Source: Eledone cirrhosa
Lineage: Eukaryota
Assembly (NCBI GenBank): GCA_964016885.1
Contig: OZ024740.1
Span: 87,730,001 to 87,794,000 of the forward strand
Length of the DNA: 64,000 nucleotides
Direction: 5' to 3'
A model generated the notes under the pieces. The model was not told where the DNA came from, did no database searches, and saw only the letters and a list, made by a program, of their open reading frames with translations. Within the stretch, counting starts at the first letter, position 1, and every line of letters begins with the position of its first letter. A program made the translations under genes and the position numbers. This document shows positions 52,325-64,000 of the stretch, piece after piece.

Positions 52325-53532
52325 ACCCTCTACCGATACTGCCAAGGCGGAGGCTTTCTCAGATGAAAGATAAGTGGTGGAGTGAGAAGGCTGATGAGAT
52401 ACAAGCTGCATCAGATTCCAATAACACAAAGCTGTTGTACAGTCTCTTGCGAGGAATTTATGAATCGTCTTCTTCTCTGGTGACACCGCTTCGCAGTAAG
52501 GATGGCAAGGAACTTCTTCGTGACTCACAGGGAATTCTGCAAAGGAGGCGAGACCACTTTGATGAACTTTGGAATCAGCCGTCTGTCGTTAATGAAGATT
52601 TCCTCAATCTCATCCATGAAAAACCTGTGAAAGTAGCTCTCACAAAATCACCGACACTTGAGGAGGTTGCAGTAGATATCTCAAAGCTGAACAGTGGAAG
52701 GTCTCCAGGTATCGATGACATACATGCAGAGCTCTTACAATATGGTGATGAGAGACTTCTGCGACATCAGGATATGGGCTAGTAAATCTGTACCTGAGGA
52801 CTGGAGAAATGCAGTAATGGTAGTCTTGTACAAGGGAAATGGTAACAAGAATGATTGTGGAAACTACAGGAGTATATAATTTCTTTCTGTCGTAGGAAAA
52901 TTTTATGTAGGGTGCTTCTGAACCGCCTGCTGACACATATCGCAGATTGTGTTCTTCCTGGAAGTTAATCTGGCTTTCGTGCTGGACGAAGTGTATGGAA
53001 CACGATTTGGATCTGTATCAGGTTTTGTTGATCTGACAAAAGCTTTCGATACTGTTAACAGAAATGCGTTGTGGAAGGTTCTCCAGAAACTTGGTTGCCC
53101 TGATAAGTTCCTTGTTTTGGTTAGGTCTTTCCATGACGATACGAAGGCTTGGGTTAATGTCAGAGGTAACATGTCGGAGCCTATCTCAGTGAAAAATGGA
53201 ATGAAACAGGGGGATATTCCAGCACCGACCCTGTTTGCCATATACTTTGCAATGGTTTGCTATATTGCATTCAGGAATTGCACATTCAGTATCGTGTTTA
53301 CATCTACTATCGAATCTCTGGCAGCATATTTAACATCAGGCGCTTTGCTGCAAAAAACAAAAGTATTTACATCAATCATAAACAACCTCTTGTATGCAGA
53401 TGATCGCGATCTTGCAGCTCACACAGAGTTTGATATGCAGCACATTTTGAATGCATTTTCTGAGGCTTGCACTGCCCTAGGATTGACTGTCAGTCTCAAG
53501 AAAACCGTCGTCATGTACCAACCTGCCCCTTG
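52325..53532 (+). pseudogene. RTE-BovB-like RT fragment
   Basis: WWSEKADEIQ, GRSPGIDDIHAELL, DCGNYR, FVDLTKAFDTVNR, GMKQGD, LLYADD; several frameshifts. Confidence 0.88.
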
Positions 53533-53536
53533 GCGG

Positions 53537-53744
53537 TCATAAGAGTCAACGGCCATCCAAAAATGTGTACATATGTATATATATATATACATACATATGT
53601 ACACATTTTTGGATGGCCGTTGACTCTTATGAGTTCTTCCGCCCGTTGTCAGGTTTTGATTTTGTCCTGCAGGTCCAAAATCACCCTCCTCGCCAAGTAA
53701 ACTTGGTGGGGTTGCTGGTTTAGTCGCTGACGACCCGACCATGC

Positions 53745-53820
<76 letters not shown>

Positions 53821-54055
53821 ATTAGAAAGAGCAGCCATCATGTATGTCGGGTCACTCTTGAATGCTTGAATGCTACTAGTAACATGTAACCCAGTACAAC
53901 CTGTCGCATGGTCGGGTCGTCGGCGACTAAACTGGCAACCCCACCAAGTTTACTTGTGAGGAGTGGGATTTTGGACACCCTGCAGGACAAAAAAACAAAG
54001 CCTGACAAAAGGCGGAAGAACTCATAAGAGTCAACGGGCATCCAAAAATGTGTAA
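53537..54055. mobile_element. Short RTE-leader-derived elements in opposite orientations around (TA)n tracts
   Basis: Minus copy at ~53600-53747, plus copy at ~53847-54055, and a fold-back arm at 53537-53578. Confidence 0.75.
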
Positions 54056-54500
54056 ATATGTATACACACATGTAGATATGTATATATACATATATACATG
54101 TGTGTGTGTGCATGCATGCTTGCCCCTCTATACTTAATAATAACAGTTTGAATAGTAACAGTCCCAGCAGTTTGAAGCCGAAAACAGGTCTATGTTATAA
54201 TATATATATATATATATATATACACACAGTGGTATCCACAGTAAGTGTGGGGTCTATTCTGCATGAAGAACTCGATGTAATCCATATGTTGAAAATGTTG
54301 TAGGTTAAGATAAATCTTGGAAAACAATAAAACATTAAAAGGAAAACAGAGTCATATATATACAAGTACCCCACCAAGTACCCCACCAAGTACCCCACCT
54401 GTTTGCTGAAAATCATGAATGTTTGATTCTTATAGAATTTCTAGTAATAATCAGGAACTGATTATACAGATCGGTTGCCGGTCAAGCAGAAATTGAAAAT

Positions 54501-54881
54501 TAGAATTGGCGCTCTGAAATAGCTATATATATATGAATGTATATATAGTGTATTTTGCAATACACTGTATGTTTAATTAAAAGCATTTCGAAGACCTTAT
54601 GTTATTGTTTTAGAGTATTGACTTTAATAAGTACCAATCAGTACGAACTTATGCTATTGTTTTAGAGTAGTGGCTTTGATAAGTACCAATCAGTACGAAA
54701 CATAGCTCTGTCAGTTTTATCTCCCCCTGTTTGGTGAACATTTAAAGTAAGTGAGACTGTCACTACTCTAAAACAATAGCGTAAGGTCTTCGAAATGCTT
54801 TTAATTAAGCATACAGTGTATGGCAAAATACACTATACATACATTCATATATATATAGCTATTTCAGAGCGACAATTCTAA
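54501..54881. mobile_element. Penelope-like inverted-repeat element (family P3)
   Basis: ~120-bp arms (54501-54620 and 54761-54881) enclosing a hammerhead and a ~52-bp tandem duplication. Confidence 0.7.
54672..54716 (+). ncRNA. Type I hammerhead ribozyme with U3-A8 core variant
   Basis: GGCT-TTGATAA-GTAC CAATCA GTAC-GAA-ACA TAGCTC TGT-C-AGTT. All three stems pair; GUC cleavage triplet. Confidence 0.7.
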
Positions 54882-54892
54882 TATATATATAT

Positions 54893-55035
54893 CAGATAGA
54901 GTGTGGTAAAATAACAGGTGGACCATAACCCACCAGAGTACTCGATATTTAGGGTAGTAGAGTGGGTAATATGAAAAGATTCAGGACCCCGACGGCTAAG
55001 CTCCGGCCGTTTCGACAGCTAGATGAGAACTCAGT
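54893..55035 (-). mobile_element. P1-family single copy
   Basis: Matches 1140-1270 and 12605-12730; lies between (TA)n tracts. Confidence 0.75.
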
Positions 55036-55037
55036 AT

Positions 55038-55131
<94 letters not shown>

Positions 55132-55477
55132 TTAGGTTAATAGGAGTTAGGTATTGTATACCCGTGTCCCATTAAGGTATTGGCAGCATAATAATTAGCT
55201 CTATGCTTTGGAGCAGAGCCGTATATATGAAAAAGAACACAAGAGCGTCTACAACATTTGTGTAGCCTCTGCGCACCCTCTGCACCATACTATCGACGCC
55301 ACCCCATCTATGGTTCAGCTAACCACCCGACTCCCGGGAATGAATATGACCCACACCCCACCCTCCCGCACCAAAATTAGACTTATCGTCCCCTACTTTT
55401 GCTCTTTACTCTCTTTACTCTTTGTTCTTGAATGTTTGGTTGGTAGAGTCCATAACACCAATCAAACCCCTTTTATA

Positions 55478-55522
55478 GCTCTGACGAATCCTACGGTTAC
55501 GTAAGGAAGAAACATTGTAAGC
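55478..55522 (+). ncRNA. Minimal hammerhead ribozyme within element P4 (55222-55572, ~35-bp inverted ends)
   Basis: GCT-CTGACGA-A TCC TACG GTTA CGTA A GGA A-GAA-AC ATT GT-A-AGC, then AATAAA. Confidence 0.65.
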
Positions 55523-55761
55523 CAATAAAAATCTTTTGATGTTGTAGACGCTCTTGTGTTCTTTTTCATATATATAGAGATATATAATATATATATACGT
55601 GTGTGTGTGCGTGTGCGTGTGTGTGGTGTGTGTAAATGTAATAACAAAAATAACAAAACAAACGATACAGTACATAAAAGAAATATATTAGTTTTACGCT
55701 TGGAATACTAGTTCTTCATCCCGTCCGCCCGTCTCTTCAATCTATCTTATTTCTCATTCTT

Positions 55762-55797
55762 TCTTCTGATGAAGGACTAGCGTCCGAAACGTTAAGA
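55762..55797 (+). ncRNA. Penelope-type minimal hammerhead ribozyme (family P5)
   Basis: TCTT-CTGATGA-A-GGAC TAGC GTCC-GAA-ACGT-T-AAGA; palindromic ACGT stem III. Confidence 0.75.
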
Positions 55798-55896
55798 CCC
55801 TCTTCCTACTATTTCAAGCGTTAGCCTAATATATTCCTTCCATATACTGTATCGATTGTTTGTTATTTCTGTTTACCTTTTACATACATACATACA

Positions 55897-55998
<102 letters not shown>

Positions 55999-57564
55999 CA
56001 CATATATATATATATTATATACATACATACTAGCTTACAACTCATGATGCATTTATTCCATAAAACACGTTAAATATATTAGATTGTAAGATAGTCTCAA
56101 AATTTAAAAAAAATTATGTCAAAATTATTTATGATGTCTTAAAAAATACTCTATGGATTTTTGAACATCAGATATCATGAATCTGCAAATAGATTTTAAA
56201 CAAATTTATAAAGAAAATTCTTTTTTTTATGAGAAATTGTTTTGGGTTGGTGGATTTAAAACCACAGTAGGTTTATATTATTTGAAGATAAATATATTTC
56301 GTTTGCATTCGAAGTGTATAAACATATACTTTGCATTAGTTTCACCTTCTTAAAATTTAAAACGACGTTGTTTCAGTTTTATTTTATTATTCATAAAAAT
56401 GTAATTTCAAATGTGAACAGAATATATTTATGTACTCCACTCTTCTCTCATCTATTGTACTGATCCTTCGAAGTTTGGTTGTGTTGCAATTCAATTGGAA
56501 GTACAGCCTGCTCTATATAATTTGTAACGGAGTAAAATTGGTGGGATGATGTTTGAATATTCGGTGCACAAACAGAACATTTAACCTTTGTTATCACAGC
56601 CTTCGAATTACTTTGATAATTCGAGTCTGACATTCTGCAACAGTTTCTATGAGATACAGTGTTAAATAAGCTAATGCAATTAGATATTGATAATGGTATA
56701 TAATAATTTCTATGCATGAGACATGGAAACTATTTCAGGTTTCCACAATGGTAAAAAGGTTGAGAAAGGCTGCTCTAAAAAGTCTTTTTCTTGAGTATAA
56801 TAAACACATTATATGCTGTTACCTTCCTGTCATTCTATGTAGCTCAGATGATGTCTGGTTAATAAACTCCTTTTTTTAATCGTTATTTTGTACTTTCACT
56901 CAGCTACGTCGACTGGCGATATCTTTAAACAGAAAAACACTTTATACGGTGTGATTTTTTATAGGTCGAGCCACATGCTCTACTAGCAACAACAACACAA
57001 CAATATATATCCTTTGTTTTAGGCAGATTGGTGACATCAGCTCGAATTTGGGCCATCACTTCACGTGGCACAAGATCAGGACAAAGTTCACCAACATTAA
57101 TTGGTTAACATTTTGACAAAGATCATACGGCAAAAATAAACTCTCTTTAGATATCTGTCTACATTTTCTTAATAAAATATTTCTAAAATTTTAACCTTGG
57201 TTTAATCGATACAACTTCCCAAACAGCGGGCTATATTGCTATTTCCAGGTGTATAGTAATACTCATAGTGATACATTTAGATAATAAATGGCTAACAACT
57301 CCTTGAATTAATTATTAAAATTTTAGAATCTCTGCTCAATGGCGAAAGTAGAGCTCACCAGTTCGTGGAACATTCTGTTTAGAGAGCCTACATATGTCTA
57401 TTTTATCACTCTCTGACACTCGAGGGTGATATTTGTAGATATCATAATAAAAGATCAGATCATAGTTGTCAGCTTTGTTTAGCAGATAAATAGTAGAATT
57501 GTTTTCAATAGCAAAATTAAGAATTATTTTTTATGCTGTTATGTCACATTCAAAGTCAATTAAC

Positions 57565-58830
57565 TGCTGAGGGCCTGACAACATTCCACATGCCAGGCGC
57601 CAAGACACGGTCTTCGCTTCACCCAAGACTTCATCTTGACTCTAGATTGCAGCTCAGTCAAAGTGACGAGCTGTGGAAATACGTGCCCCACAATTCGCGA
57701 ACACACATGTTTACTATTTGTTTTCTATCGCTACTTCTTTACTAAATGCTACATATGCTACTCTAATCGCTCTTTTGAGCACACCCAACCACTTGTTCAG
57801 AACTGCCCCTGTCATCTTTCGCTTACGCCGGGAACGACTCGTCAATTTCCAGTAACTGGGTCACTGTCTTCGTGTTTTATCTAGGTCGAACATGCAGATC
57901 ACAAATTTGTGGACTGAAAAGGCGACCGTTTGTAATTGTGGATACCCTATGCTATGCCGATTTGCTAACCTAATGAATATCTTTGGTCTAGATGACCCTA
58001 TGCGATTGGTCAAGGACAATACTGGTGCATTGGAGAAATCCAGTCGGTGCCTGTCAGACATTTGGAAATGCATGATCAGTTTCTTGTGGCTTTTGCACAC
58101 CCACTTCTATCGCCTACTCCCACACAACCATAGCCTGCGACCAAGATGCTGTCACTGTCCTCCACTAACAGTAAAGGGTGATATGTTCCTAGAAAGGCTT
58201 CCATATACCTAAAGAAATCCAGCCATCTAGACCCGGTCGGGTTGACAACCACTAGTCTAATGGCACCACTTTCGCTATTGCTTACGTCCAGGACCACCAA
58301 CTTATCGTCAGGGTCTTGGAAAATCTTCCTTACCTCGAGATTCAGGCCTTTCCTAAACAGCACTGCCACTCCGACCCCATTCTAAGCTGACTAAGAGATG
58401 CGAAGATCTCATAGTCATAAAAATGGGAGCTAGTGAGCGCGTGTTGGATATCCTGGTTTCGCTGACGGCAGTCATATCCAAAGCTTCCAGGATAACCCCC
58501 AGGCCAGGGACATTTATGCACCCTACTCTTATCATAGTTATAGCTATCATGTCGACTGGTTAGTTAAGAGATAAAAAATAGAGGGACAGTTAACCCCCGC
58601 GTGCTGTTGGGGATCCGGTGGTTCGAACTCCATAGTTGGTGAGGTTTTTTTTATGGAACCCCTTTAAAAGCTTACTGGTCGCTCATACATTAGGGGCTCC
58701 CACATCATACGGAAAGCTCTTCCTAATGATCTTATATGTCTCTGATGGCAGTCGCACGATCATCAGTGTCGGTGGCACTTTGACGATGCTCAATCTCTTT
58801 ACTTCATGCTATAAGGGCCATCAGTTCTTA
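57565..58830 (-). pseudogene. Old Tx1/L1 copy: APE endonuclease N-terminus plus internal ORF2 piece
   Basis: IRVGCINVPGL, AVSETRI, VAVLFRKGL and KLVVLDV motifs. 57565-57690 aligns by eye with 50340-50435. Confidence 0.7.
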
Positions 58831-61632
58831 GTTGGTCCTTCTCACTAGCACGAAGTTTGGTGTTTGTGTGGTTGGTTGTTGTTAATTTTGTGTGTTTTCT
58901 TTTTGTTATGGGTGTGGTAGGGTTGATGGCGGTATAAATGTTTGTTATGTTGCCAGTTGGGGTGGAGGTGGTAGTGGTGATGTTTAGTGTGGGTGTGTGT
59001 TTTGTGTTTTCTGGAGTGAGTGTTGGCATCAGACAGTGAGTTTTGTCTGACTTTTTGTGTGTCTTTAAACATTTTTTCTTGGTTTGTGTGTTTCCCATTC
59101 TTCGCTGGGAGAAGAGAAGCATGTGTTTGATAATGGTGGGGGTGCAAGTATGTTTATGGATTTGTATGTTTATGGATTTGTATATATATATGTGTGTGTG
59201 TGTGCGTGCGTGTGCGTGCGTGTGTGTGTGTGTGTGTGTGTGTTTAGATCGGGTGGAGAAAGAGAGGGAGAGGGAAAACCTTCTTGACGGACCCCGTGGG
59301 TGGTTTTGTTGGAGTCTGTTGCTGTTGTTGGTGGTGTTGGTTGTTCAGTTGCTGCTGTTATTTTTGTTGGTATTGATGAGCCAAACGGGCAGCAGTTAGC
59401 CCATGACTGATTTAACCTCTGCCAGTGAATATGGAGGCATTTGTTGGAGTCAAGGCTGTCTGGAACATATCGGAGATAGGATTGCTTTCGAAAATGCACA
59501 AACGATTTCCTCCATTTGTTATTTACAATTGGTTGTTTCAAGGGAAATCTTCCAGCAGTATTGTGCCCCATTCTGTGGTATTCAAAATTGCAAGACTTCA
59601 TTTTGAATATTGACAGAAACTAACTTAATGGCAGCTATAGGCCATTGATGTGGAATATGCACAACAAAAATGCTATCGTGTGGACTGTATGTTCTTTTAA
59701 TATTGCTTCGGGCATTGTTTTCACTGATGTAATGGACGTTATTTGCCCTTAATGGTACTGAATAATGTCAATTTTATCAATCTAACCATAGGTAATTAAT
59801 CTATAATAATAAATGCAATATTTCTGTGCGTGTGTTCGCAGGCATCTGGCGTATATACTCTCTCTACATAGCTCTTAGTCTAACTCTTTCACTCTCTTTC
59901 TTTCTCTCTCTCTGAGTCTCTACCGTTCTCCCGCTCTCTCTCTCTCTGAGTCCTTACTGCTCCCTCTTCCTCTCCTCCTAGCACTTCCTCTATCTATTTC
60001 AATCTTTCTGTATCACTTTTCATACACTCTTTATATTTAGATTTTTCGCTATCTCGTTTAATCTCTCTATCTGTAACTCCTACCGTATCTATTCAGATAA
60101 AAAATACTGCAAATATAATTGTTTCTACTGTCGGCACAAGGCCAGCAATTTGAAAGGAAGGGGTAAGTCGATTAAATCGACTCCAGTGCCTTATTTTATT
60201 TTATCGACCCCGTAAGAATGAAAGGTAAAGCTAACTTCTTCGCGAAACTTGAACTGAAAACGTAAAGGGCCGTAACTCTACAACTCAAAGCGTGTTGTCC
60301 GATTCTCAACTGAGTTACTGCAAATATAATAAGTATCGTACTGTTAAAGTAAATAAACTGTAGAATTAAACATGTCGTTGAAAGTTTGTATCGTTTTTCG
60401 GCCACGAAAGAAGTTTTATTCGAAAATCAGTAGAGTCTCTAATCATATCAAAAGTGCCGTGCTGGGCTATTTAAAATTTGCTTCTACTTATTTCTGGTTC
60501 ATATCCCCTCTTTGCTTAATTAAATTAGGAGTTCTAATTTTTTAGAGAACAACTGTTTGTGAACTGTATTAAATATATCACAATACAGAAAATATCGGTA
60601 AGTGTGTGTATCATTTGTATGTCAAAATGTAAATTGTCACTTTTCATACCTATTTCTATATTGTTGGAAATACGCACGCGCACAAACACACATACTAACA
60701 AATCTAGGTCCCTCTAATTTCCAAACATTTCACCCTCTCCCTTTCCACAAGAATATACTCACTATATTGTGCGCTATTACTAGGGTATTGCTGTTTCTGT
60801 CGCTCGCACATACATTCTAGACTGCATCCAAAGAAAAGCCACTCAGTTGACTGGCATGAAATCACTCACAGATACTCTCCAGCTTCTTGTCCACAGATGT
60901 GCCCTTTCATTTCCCAATTTAGCGGCTACTACAATGGATTCTGTTCCTCCTCCTCAATAAAACATCCCCGATTCATTGTCTCAACTCTCTCCTCACCTAC
61001 CTTATCCAGTCTTCTATGTCTCGAACTAAATAATTCGTCCTGTCCTGCCAGTCAAGAACGTCGGGCCACCGGAACCTCCCCTGCTGACGTTTTTCAAAAG
61101 GAAGAAACTTGCACCAATTTAAGAAGAACATCAACGGCATCAGGCACTGCTCCTTCTTGTAGATATACCAAACAGAAAAAGAACCTGCAGTTTCGAACTT
61201 AAGGGTACTTACCACAGTGGGTCTGGTTTATATATAGTCAAGCATCAATCTAGAGAAAAAAATGAAAAAATAAAAAGCAAAGAAATAGATTCTTAGGCAT
61301 CCCCACTTAACGTGTATACATACACACCATTTCGTAAAAACATGTATTCGGGAAGCTAAAGTGGAATCTTGAAAAAAAGTTTTGATGGTTCAATAAATAA
61401 GTGTAGCAGCAGCAATAAAGGAATCTTCTCCACTTGCCCTCAATATCTATTGTTATGGACTCATCTTAGATCTTGACACACGATTCTCTTTCGGAGAAGC
61501 AAAGGTTCCGCGGAGAACAAAAAAAGATGACTTTTCGTCTCTAAGGTCTGGTTGGTTAACAGGAAACGAAGTACTTCACGATCAAACTGCAAACGATAGC
61601 CATCACATGTTCACCTATTGTTTCAGTGTGCA

Positions 61633-61845
61633 CGAGGATGGGCTGAAAAGTTCATAGGCTGATTGTGAAGGAGTGATGCTAGAGCTGTGAAATCTTGCAT
61701 GTATTAATTTCAACTCTTCTTATTAATAACTGTATCGTTTCTTTCCAGGGACTATATTGAAAAATAAGCTACATTTGGTCATTCCACGAGAGTATTTTGG
61801 TCAGCCTATGAACTTTTCAACCTATGAACTTTTCAGCTGCCCTTG
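61633..61845. mobile_element. Tc1/mariner-type MITE (copy 2)
   Basis: Aligns with 157-418 minus the nested insertion; small tandem duplication in the right TIR. Confidence 0.75.
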
Positions 61846-61899
61846 TGTAAGATATTTGTAGCAATTGAATAATGATTTAATGGTAATAGCCAATAAATA

Positions 61900-62175
61900 C
61901 CTTGTGTATTGTTTTCAAACCCCATGCGTTTTATCATACAAGTGATCTTCCTCATCTTATTGCATTACCATATGGAGTTGATCTGGATCTCTTAAAGGCA
62001 GAAAAAGCAAGCTACACAACGATTGCCTCGGAACATCCTCATCCATCATGTCTACAGGCAACTATAGCTGGTGTTGTTAAAACTGGTTATAAAAACAATA
62101 TTTATAGCGTACTCTAACAGTCTTCTATAAAATCACTGCCATCTTGGCAAGCCGTCTTGCTACATCCTTTTCTGT
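61900..62175 (+). pseudogene. Possible hAT transposase C-terminal (dimerisation) remnant
   Basis: YGVDLDLLKAE and FYKITAILASRLATSFSV resemble the IL-A-T-IP-ATS-CS motif; stops and frameshift present. Confidence 0.35.
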
Positions 62176-62676
62176 ATGACACTTCTGTAACGGCTGCAAA
62201 CATATTTCATTGCAATGAGTTAATTGTGCGTAAATAGTGTGGTAAAACTAATTATTACGTTAAAATTTGCTAACGGACATATGAGCAAATAAGTGATATT
62301 TTAGTAGCTATCACTTCATCACCAGAAAATGCTGTTTATTTTAAGTTGTTTGGGGATTTGTTCAGTGCATTGTCAATTGGTAAAAAGTATTTTTATTGCA
62401 AGATAGTTTTTGCGTTTTTATGTGTAAAATTTCGGACAAATCAAGCCTTCTGGTTCCCTTAACTAAAGAGGCCCATAGGGCTATGTGTACACGCACATAC
62501 ACACACGCACACATATACGCACACGCACACACAAACGCGCATGCACACATAATTGCAAAATCATACATGCAAAACAGATGCATATGTAATAAATATTATC
62601 TCCATACTACTTTCATTAAAGTATCGAGTACTAAGTTGAAGAATAGTCTTAGTAGTCATTTAGCTAATAAGATATT

Positions 62677-63836
<1,160 letters not shown>

Positions 63837-64000
63837 AACTGAATGTAAGAAATGATTGTGTTTTCACCAGATTCCCATAAATAAATTGATAAACTTTAGA
63901 CACAAACCTACGTATGTGCACATCTGTATGCAGAAGTGTATTCTGATGTATAACAACGTGTCTTTTAAACCCACCTTTGTAAATCGATACTAATGTATAG

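Overview
AT-rich, repeat-saturated eukaryotic intronic/intergenic DNA. The microsatellite load and repeat families suggest an octopus-like coleoid cephalopod, but this is inference, not a database match. No complete host gene is visible; there is at most one candidate terminal exon near 505-623. Most ORFs in the track are read-throughs of microsatellites. Real protein homology is confined to retrotransposons: a head-to-tail array of R4/Dong-like restriction-like-endonuclease LINEs in (TATG)n tracts (25.3-35.4 kb, one copy a single UAG away from an uninterrupted 1169-aa ORF), a near full-length RTE-group LINE (45.8-49.4 kb), and RTE, Tx1/L1, Penelope, CRE-like and hAT fragments. Non-coding elements include over 20 copies of a tRNA-derived SINE, CORE-type SINEs, RTE-derived non-autonomous elements, Helitron-like elements and MITEs. 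The most interesting signals are: (1) several distinct Penelope-type hammerhead ribozymes, mostly in fold-back palindromes at (TA)n tracts, one with a compensatory U3-A8 core; (2) the (TATG)n-associated R4 array; (3) a conserved structured 5' leader shared by the RTE and its short derivatives; (4) a SINE tail resembling a Tx1 LINE 3' end. All coordinates were read by eye, so repeat boundaries are approximate.
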